From the NCBI GenBank assembly GCA_000996895.1, contig LCBB01000001.1:2542-66541 (forward strand): DNA of 64,000 nucleotides, given 5' to 3'. This document shows positions 8,675 to 18,010 of this stretch, piece after piece (the stretch's first letter is position 1; the number at the start of each line of letters is the position of its first letter). The notes beneath the pieces are model-generated. The model had not been told where the DNA came from. It saw only the letters and a program-made list of their open reading frames with translations, and ran no database searches. The DNA is from a candidate division WWE3 bacterium GW2011_GWC2_41_23 (GTDB lineage Bacteria; Patescibacteriota; WWE3; UBA101185; UBA10185). The position numbers were made by a program, and so were the translations under genes.

Positions 8675-9445
8675 TTGTATACTCCACTTATGCTGAAATT
8701 GATTGATATCGTAGTGTTGCGCAGTGTAAATCCAATTAAAATTGTAAATCGTCCTAGTGTTAAAACATTGGAGTTTCTTAACAATCTTATTAGGACAAAA
8801 GGTATTGAGGAATTTATTGAAAACGCAAGGCGTCAATATAAGATAAGTGACGCTGGATTAGACATCCGTAAGCTAGTGGGGGTTAACTTGTATGATCTCG
8901 GTGATACAAATATTAATGCTTTTAAAATTATTGCGGACGAGTATGTTCGTAGTACTGGCATGCCTTCTGAACAAGCTCTTGAAATATTTTTACTGGTTAT
9001 GTTCAACGCTATAATAGATCTTAAGTATTTTAAAAGCGCACCTTCTGACCCCAATGAGTTTGTATTTGGGCGTAGAAAAATAGCCGATAAAATGTGGGAG
9101 TATTCGCACGAAGTAGGTGCAATTATAGTCCCTTTTGACGTGTCTAAGACCAAGCTAAAAAAATGGATAGATACAAACTGGAAGCTTATAAGTGAGGATA
9201 TGATAAACAATTTTACTTCAAACCCATTTATTCTAGGTATCCATGAAAATTTGATATACGAGGAAGAGATAAGAGAATTAAAAGAAGAGAAAGGCAAATC
9301 CTTTGCTCAGGTTACTGAAATATTACAAGGTAAATACCCCAAAGATAAGTGGAAGCTTTCCAGAGTTAAAAAAGTCTACTACGACGCACGCCAAAGGGAA
9401 ACCTTACAGAAGTTGAAACAACAACGCGATCTTCAGACACCTTGA
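8675..9445 (+). CDS. Hypothetical protein with a C-terminal HTH-like segment
   Basis: IRELKEEKGKSFAQVTEIL...LSRVKKVYY; first gene of the core module. Confidence 0.65.
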   Translation: MYTPLMLKLIDIVVLRSVNPIKIVNRPSVKTLEFLNNLIRTKGIEEFIENARRQYKISDAGLDIRKLVGVNLYDLGDTNINAFKIIADEYVRSTGMPSEQALEIFLLVMFNAIIDLKYFKSAPSDPNEFVFGRRKIADKMWEYSHEVGAIIVPFDVSKTKLKKWIDTNWKLISEDMINNFTSNPFILGIHENLIYEEEIRELKEEKGKSFAQVTEILQGKYPKDKWKLSRVKKVYYDARQRETLQKLKQQRDLQTP

Positions 9446-9495
9446 ATAGTTCCTGTTAGGTGACTAGTTTATAAATCTTATACATTCAGCTAAGT

Positions 9496-9651
9496 ATGCT
9501 GAGTGGCAACAATCTAGACAAACTAACAGAATACCTTCGTAGACTTGGGTACACCAGTCTAAGCGTGAGCGAAACAATTTCAGCCTTTACGGCAATTACT
9601 CCTGTTTTAGCTTCAATATCCTTACGTATTTATCAGGAGAAAATGAAATGA
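9496..9651 (+). CDS. 51-aa ORF coupled to rep (not in the ORF track)
   Basis: MLSGNNLDKLTEYLRRLGY...YQEKMK*; ATGA overlap with the rep start. Confidence 0.6.
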   Translation: MLSGNNLDKLTEYLRRLGYTSLSVSETISAFTAITPVLASISLRIYQEKMK

Positions 9652-10730
9652 TAGATACTCTAAGGTTTAAAATATTGGGCAGCAAAGAAATATATAACGC
9701 GATAAAAAATAAAGGAATAGAAAGAGTTATGTGGGATTATGCAGAAGATAAGCAAAAACATGTATCGGTTTATCAATTAATCCTAGTACCCAGTAAGGAA
9801 TGCAAAATATACATTCAAGCACAGGATTACGAGCACTTTTTTGTAGAGTTTTCCTTACCTAAAGTTTTGTTTGGTACAAATGTGTTCATGATCTACCCCG
9901 AACAGGTTACTGCCACTCTAATTGAAGTTTATAGGATAATTCGTAATTTTTTGAAGCTACCGATAGATTCAATAGATAATTGGATAGTGCAAAGGGTTGA
10001 TTATAGCTATGTTTGGAAATTTGATAATGCTATGCAAGCTCTTTGGGTACTCGAGAACATGGCAAAGTTTCAATACCCAAGGAAAAATGTAACTATCAGG
10101 GACACGTCTGTAACTATTAATGGCACGACCGAAAGAATGATCTTCTACTTAAAGCATGAAGAATATGTAGATAAGACTTACAAGAAATTAGCAAAAACAC
10201 AGCCAAGGATTGCTGAGTTTCTTTTTGAGGAGTCCAAAAACACATTGAGGTTTGAAATAGTACACATGAAGGCTAAATTAAATAGCATTTTTGGGAGTGA
10301 AGTTACTTACAAGGAAGTTTTGGGTGAGAAATATATCATTAGCACCTTGAATGAAGCACTGAAGACTTTTTGTAATTCTAATACACTGATCTCAATGACG
10401 TGGCACGAGGCAGTAGAACTTGTTTATTCAAAATTATCGGGTCGTGAGGCCTTTAATTTATACGGCTTTCTGTGCATGTATTACCCATACGACATGTCTC
10501 AGAGGGAATATAACAGAGCGTTTTTAAAGCAAAACATTAGTCCATCAACCATATATAAGTATAAAGAAAAATTCAAGGAGATTGGTGGTGGAATACTATT
10601 TAGTAATCCTGAGTTTAAGGCTATAGACTTGAATATTCCTAATATTCGTGTAATTAATACGGAAGATCGTGTCGCGGATATAGCGAAAGCGATCCGCGAC
10701 CTCCGTATTGATGATTTGCAATCTGTTTAA
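9648..10730 (+). CDS. Phage/plasmid rolling-circle replication initiator, gene II/X (Rep_trans-like) family
   Basis: MIDTL, VEFSLPKVLFGTN, VQRVDYS, IFYLK, LRFEI motifs. Confidence 0.8.
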   Translation: MIDTLRFKILGSKEIYNAIKNKGIERVMWDYAEDKQKHVSVYQLILVPSKECKIYIQAQDYEHFFVEFSLPKVLFGTNVFMIYPEQVTATLIEVYRIIRNFLKLPIDSIDNWIVQRVDYSYVWKFDNAMQALWVLENMAKFQYPRKNVTIRDTSVTINGTTERMIFYLKHEEYVDKTYKKLAKTQPRIAEFLFEESKNTLRFEIVHMKAKLNSIFGSEVTYKEVLGEKYIISTLNEALKTFCNSNTLISMTWHEAVELVYSKLSGREAFNLYGFLCMYYPYDMSQREYNRAFLKQNISPSTIYKYKEKFKEIGGGILFSNPEFKAIDLNIPNIRVINTEDRVADIAKAIRDLRIDDLQSV

Positions 10731-10756
10731 CTGCGTACTCTAATAGCAGTTAAACA
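10671..10756. other. Two inverted repeats, candidate replication origin
   Basis: GTCGCGGAT..GCGAAAGC..ATCCGCGAC (10671-10700) and TGTTTAACTGC-N11-GCAGTTAAACA (10724-10756). Confidence 0.5.
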
Positions 10757-10773
10757 TTTCTATATAGAAATAT

Positions 10774-12408
10774 ATGAATGAATTAAGAAATAAGAATTGC
10801 ATACTTTTCTGTAGAGTCTCTTCAAGAGAGCAAGAAGAAACTGGCTACTCCCTTCCTGCGCAACAGTCTTATCTCCAAGCCTACACGAATAGAAGTCGTT
10901 TAAATGTGATTAGGGCTTTTAACATTTCTGAAAGTGCTAGTGGTAGAAAAGCACGTGTGGAGTTTAATCAGATGTTAGATTACGTTAGGAAACAAAACAT
11001 CAACGTAATTATCTGCGAGAAGGTGGATAGGCTGACAAGGAATCAAAAAGATGCCTTGACGATAGATGATTGGGTTAAAGAAGATGTTTTTCACGAGGTA
11101 CATTTTGTTAAAAATTCATTTATTCTAAATAAGGAGTCAAAGGCTAGTGATAAGTTCGTTTGGAATATTCACGTATCTCAAGCTCAGTTTAATATAGAAA
11201 ACCTCTCAGAAGAGGTTAAGAAGGGTCAAAACGAGAAGATTTCAGAGGGTTGGTATCCATCTCAAGCACCCGTTGGGTACAGGTCAGGTCTGAACGGAAA
11301 AAAGAAGATTATAGAGCTAGATCCAAACACAGCACCGTTAATGGAGAGGGTACTAGTTGAGTATTCTACAGGTGTTCATTCCGTGTTATCTATTTGTAGA
11401 TTTGCTCAAAAAATCGGATTAAGAAATCTCAAAGGTAATTTTATAGCTAAAACTTCCATGCACAGGATTTTACAAAACCCCTTTTATTACGGAATGTTTA
11501 CATGGAATAAAGCCAGTTATGTTGGTAATCACCCAGCCATTATTGATAAAGATACATTCGATAAAATTCAAAAGTATTTGAAGCGAAAGACTCCTCTTGT
11601 TTATAGACAACTTAATGCTCTTTATAGTGGTATTTTGCATTGTAAGGATTGTGGAGGATTAATTACTTGGGAAAGTCATAAAGGTCATCAGTATGGTTAT
11701 TGTAAGGGCTGTAGAGGTAAACGCGGAGTTAAAGAACCTGAAATTAATAAACCAATTCAAAAGTTATTTGGTAACGCTAAGATACATAAAAAGCAGGTCG
11801 CTGATGCAGTTCGTGAAGGTGTTATTTCTTATGTGAAGAACTCTTACGGTATTGTTGGTAAATCTAATGCACAGATTGAAAAGGATATTGAAAAATATAC
11901 TAATAGGTTGAGTAAGCTTTATGATGATCGTGCTGACGGGCTGTTAACTCCTGAAATGTACTTCAACAAATTTGCAGAATATAACAACACACTCACTGAT
12001 TTGAGAATTCAGTTAAAAGAAAATAGCCAGCATAAGGAGTTTTTTGATATTGAAGGTTTTAAGCAATTCTTTGAAGGTTCTCAGAATTTGGAACTGTATT
12101 ATGAGAAAGCTACTAAAGACGAAAAAAGAAAACTACTTAAATTCGCTTTTGAAGATTTAGCTTACGCTAATAATTCTTTGGGATATAACTTTTCTAAGGC
12201 TTATTTATTACTTTATAAGGCTGTTGAGATTACTAATAGTTCGGAAATCAAAAATATTAAGGAATTTCAGGAATATATTTCCGAACCTGACGAATTAGTT
12301 GCTAGTAAAACAAAAAATGACTCTTTTCGAGCTATTCGTTCCTCTTGGCTGGGGGATAGGGATTCGAACCCCAATAGGCGGGACCAAAACCCGCAGTCCT
12401 ACCGTTAG
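10774..12408 (+). CDS. Large serine recombinase (integrase)
   Basis: FCRVSS catalytic Ser, DRLTR, recombinase domain (NPFYYG, HPAII), CxxC...CxxC zinc ribbon, coiled coil. Confidence 0.95.
   Translation: MNELRNKNCILFCRVSSREQEETGYSLPAQQSYLQAYTNRSRLNVIRAFNISESASGRKARVEFNQMLDYVRKQNINVIICEKVDRLTRNQKDALTIDDWVKEDVFHEVHFVKNSFILNKESKASDKFVWNIHVSQAQFNIENLSEEVKKGQNEKISEGWYPSQAPVGYRSGLNGKKKIIELDPNTAPLMERVLVEYSTGVHSVLSICRFAQKIGLRNLKGNFIAKTSMHRILQNPFYYGMFTWNKASYVGNHPAIIDKDTFDKIQKYLKRKTPLVYRQLNALYSGILHCKDCGGLITWESHKGHQYGYCKGCRGKRGVKEPEINKPIQKLFGNAKIHKKQVADAVREGVISYVKNSYGIVGKSNAQIEKDIEKYTNRLSKLYDDRADGLLTPEMYFNKFAEYNNTLTDLRIQLKENSQHKEFFDIEGFKQFFEGSQNLELYYEKATKDEKRKLLKFAFEDLAYANNSLGYNFSKAYLLLYKAVEITNSSEIKNIKEFQEYISEPDELVASKTKNDSFRAIRSSWLGDRDSNPNRRDQNPQSYR
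12325..12369 (+). other. Hybrid attachment site: TTTCGAG-N17-CT-N12-TTCGAAC
   Basis: Inverted 7-mer motifs flank a CT at the tRNA 3' end with 17 bp (element side) and 12 bp (tRNA side) spacing. Confidence 0.7.
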
Positions 12409-12419
12409 ACGATCCCCCA
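12346..12419 (-). tRNA. tRNA-Gln(UUG)
   Basis: Cloverleaf; GCGGG-TTTTGGT-CCCGC anticodon arm; U1-A72; encoded CCA. Confidence 0.97.
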
Positions 12420-12513
12420 ATGACAAATTATTATAGCATCTAAAAAACTTGTATCCTCAGAGAAATCTCAAATTCTTACCTCTTCCTAACCCTCCCCCAA
12501 ACTCCAACCCCCC

Positions 12514-13329
12514 CTAATCCTCCATCATCTGCCTCAACATCCCCATCTTCGCATCCATAGCCTCTTCTCCGCACGATACGATTCCTTTTTCTTTTACAAA
12601 ATTCTTGAATAAACTAAATTTTCCTTCCGGGATTTTAGGGTTTAAAGCAATGTCGGCATCGTCCAGGTTTTCTACGGCCATTCTATTTAAAAGCATTTGG
12701 TAAGAAAGTCTAAAAACCTCACGTGTGGTAAGTTTCATCTTGCCTTCTATGGCTGCGGTCAGGGGAAATATGTTTCCGTACAAGTTAACTCCTATAACAA
12801 GGTCCGCTCCCATCTGATACGCCATCTTCGCTGGCACGGGAGTTGAATTTCCTCCGTCCACCAGCTTTTTTCCGTCAATGGTTACCGGTGCCAGAACCAG
12901 GGGTATTGAAATACTTGCCCTTATTGCCGTAGCCAAATTGCCCTTACCTAAATAAACAGTTTCTCCGGTTAAAATATCGGTTGCCACGGCCTTAAAAGGT
13001 ATTTTTAGCTGTTCGATTTTCACGCCTTTTAGAAATACCTCTAAAAACTGCAGGAATTTGTTGCCTTTTAACAAACCTAAATCAGCCATCGGGTCCGACA
13101 AAACTCTGAAAAGATCCTGGTATTTGATTCCCGCGATAATCTCCTCTATTTTTGAAACTTCTCCGTAATAGGCATATAAACCCCCGACAAGAGCTCCGAT
13201 ACTTGAACCTGTAATGTAATCAACGGGAATATTATTTTTCTCGAGGGATTTTAAAACTCCGATATGCGCAAGGCCTCTCCAGCCTCCGCTCCCCAAAGCC
13301 AATCCGATCTTTACTTTTTTTCCGCTCAT
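12514..13329 (-). CDS. Patatin-like phospholipase
   Basis: LGSGGWRG, GSSIG, DGG. Confidence 0.92.
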   Translation of the reverse strand: MSGKKVKIGLALGSGGWRGLAHIGVLKSLEKNNIPVDYITGSSIGALVGGLYAYYGEVSKIEEIIAGIKYQDLFRVLSDPMADLGLLKGNKFLQFLEVFLKGVKIEQLKIPFKAVATDILTGETVYLGKGNLATAIRASISIPLVLAPVTIDGKKLVDGGNSTPVPAKMAYQMGADLVIGVNLYGNIFPLTAAIEGKMKLTTREVFRLSYQMLLNRMAVENLDDADIALNPKIPEGKFSLFKNFVKEKGIVSCGEEAMDAKMGMLRQMMED

Positions 13330-13775
13330 TTTATTTCAACAAAAGTTTCGTCAATTAAATTTCCGAATCCGTCTTCCATTGTAATCCTATATTCCCCCGG
13401 ATTTAAGTTTGTAATTGCTCCAAAGATTTCGTAGTAAACATAAATCTCCTCTTCAGTGAATTCATTGTCCCTTAAAATCACCGTGATATTAGGATCAACT
13501 ACTAAAAATGGAAAGGACGGTTGAAATTTTAACTTACGCCTCATCTGAGCGGTTTCAAAATTTCCTTTTAGGTCGTAAAACTTTGTCTCAAGTAAAATGG
13601 AATCTTCCTGCGCCGTTACTTTTAGCGGAAGTTGTTTTGCATCATCTATAACCTGACTTTTTATCTCGTAATTAAATTTTGGAGAAGACACCTTCACTAA
13701 AAGTATAAAACCGGTAGCGAGGGCGAAAACCAGCGCCAGTATAAGGACGATTTTTCTTTTTGTCTGAAACGTCAT
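13326..13775 (-). CDS. Hypothetical exported protein
   Basis: N-terminal TM; 4-bp overlap with patatin. Confidence 0.75.
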   Translation of the reverse strand: MTFQTKRKIVLILALVFALATGFILLVKVSSPKFNYEIKSQVIDDAKQLPLKVTAQEDSILLETKFYDLKGNFETAQMRRKLKFQPSFPFLVVDPNITVILRDNEFTEEEIYVYYEIFGAITNLNPGEYRITMEDGFGNLIDETFVEIK

Positions 13776-13799
13776 GACCCTATGTTACCATATACCGGT

Positions 13800-14513
13800 A
13801 TGGTATTACCTCAAAAACACACCGGTACTGTGGTAGAAAAGAAGGCTGTTTCTCCTTTAGTTACGTGGTTAAGACTCAAAATTGAGGGAGTTTCCGACTT
13901 TTCTTTTATCCCCGGCCAGTTCATAAATCTTGAAGTAGGTGACGGAATCTACCGTTCTTACTCTATTTGCAACGATACTGTAGGCGGGGGCTTTGTAGAA
14001 CTTGCCGCCATCACCGGACGCCCGGGTTTGGGGGCTAACCTTATCAATTCTTTGAAAATAGACTCGTCTGTGGGCTTTGTAGGCCCTTCCGGACGCTATT
14101 CTTATAGAAAAGGCGGCCGAAAGAACGTAGTTTTTGTGGCTACCTCTACCGGCATTGCCCCCTTTATTCCTATGATAGGTCAGGCTTTAGAGGATCCTTT
14201 TGTAGAGTCTATTACACTGGTATTCGGCGTACGCGACCAGGAAGACGTCTTTTTCGAGGACAAATTCAAGAAGTTTTTAGAGATGTCACCCAAATTTAGC
14301 TACTTTATATGTTTGTCGGGAGTTGCCGACGGACTTAAACCGCCCTATTTTGCAAACCGAGTAACCTTTTGTTTACCCGATTTTGTTAAGGATGCTACTG
14401 ATTTTTACTTATGCGGAAACACCGCGATGATCCGCGACTGTTCTGATATTATTAGTAAAGCGGGGTTAGAAGATTTTGCTATTTATACCGAGGCTTTTAA
14501 CCCGAATTTGTAA
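13800..14513 (+). CDS. FAD/NAD(P)-binding oxidoreductase (FNR-like)
   Basis: PGQF, RSYSI, GPSG, TGIAPF, YLCG, terminal EAF. Confidence 0.9.
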   Translation: MVLPQKHTGTVVEKKAVSPLVTWLRLKIEGVSDFSFIPGQFINLEVGDGIYRSYSICNDTVGGGFVELAAITGRPGLGANLINSLKIDSSVGFVGPSGRYSYRKGGRKNVVFVATSTGIAPFIPMIGQALEDPFVESITLVFGVRDQEDVFFEDKFKKFLEMSPKFSYFICLSGVADGLKPPYFANRVTFCLPDFVKDATDFYLCGNTAMIRDCSDIISKAGLEDFAIYTEAFNPNL

Positions 14514-14515
14514 GT

Positions 14516-15358
14516 ATGGGCGGAAAAGAAGGATACACAAAAGAAGAATATTTTACTGCATCGGACGACATTGCTGATTCGATAAAAGCTGAGTATTCTT
14601 CGGTGTCTCCCGAGGAGCAGGAGTTTGTTAATGTCATAGCTCAGGGGATTAAAGACTACGTTGTCCAGACCTACGGCGAACACATCTCAAAGGATATGAA
14701 GGAGATGCTCGAGACTGCAAATAAAAGAATAGTAATGGTCGATAACGAAGGTTTTAAGAATCTATCTGAAGATTGGAAACCCGAAAGTGCGTTGCCGGCA
14801 CCTGAAGGAGCCGCATATTTCTCAAAAATCGGAAACCTGGTGATTATGCGCGATATGATAGAACACTCTAAAGTAATCTGGGAACAAGGTAAAGAAATGT
14901 TCGAATCCCTTCCCGAGGACCAAAAAAGAATGGTACTCCCGTACATACGTTTTTCGCTAGTTACACAAGCGCTTATTCACGAACTTGTACACTCTTGTCA
15001 GGAAGATACGGGCGAACACCGCAATAAGAACGTATACCGAAGGATGGCCCTGGATGAGTGCGGTGCTTCATGCCTAACCGATAAGATTATGAAAGAGAGA
15101 TACCCAAAGGGAAACTTTCTTGAAAGTAAGGATAGCAAAATCAGGATAGATACGTTCAATTATTTGCTTGGAAAGTACGGGGATGAAGTTTACGATGTTT
15201 TTTTCAACAATGTTCCTGAAGTAGCCGTTGATAAAGCAAGACACGAAGAACTTCAGAAGAATATATACTCGGAGTTTGGAACTAAAAAACTTGTACAGGT
15301 AGGTATACTTGACGATGATAAAGCGGGTGTCTACGATCACATGAGTGAGAGTTGGTAG
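14516..15358 (+). CDS. Hypothetical protein with an HExxH zincin motif
   Basis: LIHELVH and downstream LDE. Confidence 0.7.
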   Translation: MGGKEGYTKEEYFTASDDIADSIKAEYSSVSPEEQEFVNVIAQGIKDYVVQTYGEHISKDMKEMLETANKRIVMVDNEGFKNLSEDWKPESALPAPEGAAYFSKIGNLVIMRDMIEHSKVIWEQGKEMFESLPEDQKRMVLPYIRFSLVTQALIHELVHSCQEDTGEHRNKNVYRRMALDECGASCLTDKIMKERYPKGNFLESKDSKIRIDTFNYLLGKYGDEVYDVFFNNVPEVAVDKARHEELQKNIYSEFGTKKLVQVGILDDDKAGVYDHMSESW

Positions 15359-15360
15359 TA

Positions 15361-15404
15361 AAAAAATCCCCGTCTATCTTCGCTTTTGGCAAAGTTAAAC
15401 GGGG
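15361..15404 (-). terminator. Intrinsic terminator
   Basis: Long stem CCCCGT...ACGGGG followed by a T tract. Confidence 0.7.
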
Positions 15405-15416
15405 TGTAAAGCAGGG

Positions 15417-15647
15417 TTACTTAATCATCAGCAGATACACGGAAACAATCACTCCGAGGAAGGAAGCAATGGCAGATTTAGTGTATTTTGCCAAGGCGAA
15501 CCCGACCGCGGAAATAAAAAGGGAGCCGCCGAGAAAAATAATTGGTGTGAAGTGGTGTCTTCCGAATATAACCAGGGTTATTAACGCCCAGCAGGTAAAA
15601 TTTAGGCCCAACATTCCAAAGGTTGCCGCTATCGATTTTTGCTCCAT
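15417..15647 (-). CDS. Small membrane protein
   Basis: AAAGGAG SD, TTGACT-17-TACTAT promoter, 3 TM segments. Confidence 0.75.
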   Translation of the reverse strand: MEQKSIAATFGMLGLNFTCWALITLVIFGRHHFTPIIFLGGSLFISAVGFALAKYTKSAIASFLGVIVSVYLLMIK

Positions 15648-15721
15648 TTCATTCTCCTTTTCTAGCGCTGATTTTGTCCTATAGTATACAAATGGGGGTA
15701 AAAAGTCAACAGTACCGCTAA

Positions 15722-17947
15722 TTAGCCTTTTCTGCCCAGCCTCAAGCTGTTTGCCACAACACTAATAGAACTTAATGCCATCGCGGCGGCCGCTATTGCA
15801 GGAGAAAGCATTATTCCGAAAAAGGGATATAAAATACCTGCAGCTACGGGAATTCCCACCGAGTTGTACCCGAATGCCCAGAATAAATTCTGTTTAATAA
15901 TACGTAAGGTTCTTTTAGAAATCTTAATTAGTTTATAAACCCTTGAAATATCCCCGCCCAGCAGTATTACATCCCCCGACTGCATTGCTATATCCGTTCC
16001 TGTTCCCATTGCGATGCCTACGTCGGCCGTAGCAAGAGCAGGAGAATCGTTTATGCCGTCTCCTACCATTGCAACCGGTTCTTCCGGGTGGGTTTTCTTA
16101 AGGTCCAAGATTACATCCGCTTTTTGTGACGGAAGCACTTCTGCCATAACATTTTTTATTCCCGCAATCTGCGCCGCGTAATTAGCATTTGATTTTGTAT
16201 CCCCGGTTAAAAGATATGTGGTAATTCCGATATTATGTAGTTTTTCAATTATTGAGGGCGTATCTTCTTTCATCTCATCTCTCAGGAAAAATATACCCAC
16301 AACGTCGTTATTTATTGTAACGGCTACAGGAGTTGAGACACCGTCTCCTTTGTATTCTTCTTCACTTACTCTTCCCACAAAAATTTGGTTCTCCCCTACC
16401 CTACCCTCTATTCCTTTTCCGGGAATGTTTTTAAACTCGTTCACGTCTTCCGACTTAACAACGCCCCGTTCTTTTAAAAAATCAACAATTGCCCTTGCCA
16501 ACGGGTGTTCTGATCGGGATTCAAGTGCCAAAACGTTTTGATAAACAGTGTCCTGATTTATTTTTTTAGAAATATGTTTGTATGTGTGAACTTCGGGGTA
16601 ACCCATTGTAATGGTTCCGGTTTTGTCAAAGACAATGTGCTTTATTTTTCCCGCCCGCTCCAAAGTTTTCGCGTCTTTAATTAATATTCCGTCCCGAGCT
16701 GCTGTACCGGAAGCGGTAACGATTGCGGTAGGTGTTGCTAAACCGAGCGCACACGGACACGCGATGATAAGGACGCTTGTAAAGGCGTACAGAGCGGTCC
16801 CGTAATCGCCGGGCTTTAATATCAGCCAAGCAGCCAGCGTTATAAAGGCCACGATTATTACTATCGGAACAAACACCGAGGAAACTTTGTCAGCAAGCCT
16901 TTGAATATCCGCGCGCGAACCCTGTGCGTCTTCCACAAGTCTGATTATCTGAGCTAAGACTGTGTCACTTCCGACGTGAACAGCTTCGTAAATAAAATAA
17001 CCGTCGTTGTTTATTGTTCCTCCAATTACTTTATCTCCTTCTTTTTTCTCAACCGGCATTGCTTCCCCTGAAATCATTGATTCGTCGACCGTGCTTTTTC
17101 CTTCCGTGATTACACCGTCAACGGGGATTTTAGTTCCGGGTTTTACTATTACTTTATCGTCTACTTTCACATCGGCGGCGTCAATTTCCTCTTCCTTGCC
17201 GTATTTCACTATAATCGCTTTCTTAACTTGCATTCCGATGAGGGATTTAACCGCCGAACCTGTATGTTTTTTACTGTTAGATTCTAAAAACCTACCGAGA
17301 AGAATAAAAAATATTATGAAAACGGCTGCCTCAAAATATTGTTCGCGTGCTGACAGCAGGTGTGGGAAAAAAGTAACAACGGTTGAATAAGCCCAAGCTA
17401 TAAATGTTCCCATCGCGATTAACGTATCCATATTTGCTGTACGGACTAGTATAGATTTAAACGCGGCCCGAAAAATCGATCTTCCGCCCCAAAAGACTAT
17501 TAAGGTAGCTAAAACGAATTGTCCGTAAATAAGAACAGGCGCGGCACTTCCAAGCATCATTTCAGGATCCGGAACTAACCCGGCTTTCGCTAAAAACATC
17601 CAGATCATTAATATAAAAAACGGAATAGCTCCCAAACCCGTAAGAATAACCGTTTGTTTGAGTTTTCTGTTTTCTTCGTGGTGCATATGGTCGGCGTCGT
17701 GTTCGTGACCTTCGTGGTGTTCTTCTTTACCGTCTACTATTTTATAGTTTCCTGCAGACGAAACTGCATGAGATATATCACCTAACGTAGTTAAAGAATC
17801 ATCGAAGCTTACCGTCATTTTTTCCGTGGCGAAATTCACAAAAACATCTTTGACACCGGCAACATTCTTTACGGAATTTTCTATTAATGCCTTGCAACTC
17901 GCGCAATGCATTCCGATGATTGGATAGGATTCTTTATTTATGGGCAT
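15722..17947 (-). CDS. copA: Copper-exporting P1B-type ATPase
   Basis: GMHCASC HMA, CPC, DKTGT, SEHP, GDGIND, YN...MALSS. Confidence 0.95.
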   Translation of the reverse strand: MPINKESYPIIGMHCASCKALIENSVKNVAGVKDVFVNFATEKMTVSFDDSLTTLGDISHAVSSAGNYKIVDGKEEHHEGHEHDADHMHHEENRKLKQTVILTGLGAIPFFILMIWMFLAKAGLVPDPEMMLGSAAPVLIYGQFVLATLIVFWGGRSIFRAAFKSILVRTANMDTLIAMGTFIAWAYSTVVTFFPHLLSAREQYFEAAVFIIFFILLGRFLESNSKKHTGSAVKSLIGMQVKKAIIVKYGKEEEIDAADVKVDDKVIVKPGTKIPVDGVITEGKSTVDESMISGEAMPVEKKEGDKVIGGTINNDGYFIYEAVHVGSDTVLAQIIRLVEDAQGSRADIQRLADKVSSVFVPIVIIVAFITLAAWLILKPGDYGTALYAFTSVLIIACPCALGLATPTAIVTASGTAARDGILIKDAKTLERAGKIKHIVFDKTGTITMGYPEVHTYKHISKKINQDTVYQNVLALESRSEHPLARAIVDFLKERGVVKSEDVNEFKNIPGKGIEGRVGENQIFVGRVSEEEYKGDGVSTPVAVTINNDVVGIFFLRDEMKEDTPSIIEKLHNIGITTYLLTGDTKSNANYAAQIAGIKNVMAEVLPSQKADVILDLKKTHPEEPVAMVGDGINDSPALATADVGIAMGTGTDIAMQSGDVILLGGDISRVYKLIKISKRTLRIIKQNLFWAFGYNSVGIPVAAGILYPFFGIMLSPAIAAAAMALSSISVVANSLRLGRKG

Positions 17948-18010
17948 AATTTCATTTTATGAGCAGAAGAAGTATCTTCTGCGAAGAAAAGAAGATGTTT
18001 ATTAACATCT

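Larger units (their letters stand above)
1..12350. mobile_element. Integrative island at the tRNA-Gln 3' end (serine recombinase + rolling-circle Rep core with cargo array); left end probably outside the window
   Basis: Recombinase runs into the tRNA; Rep gene; visibly more AT-rich than the DNA after 12420; recurring att-like sites; defence-type and orphan cargo. Confidence 0.85.

Noticed and set aside
12478-12514. C-rich tract (G-rich on the minus strand) upstream of tRNA-Gln as a G-quadruplex
   Set aside because: Only three tracts of three or more G; no other support.
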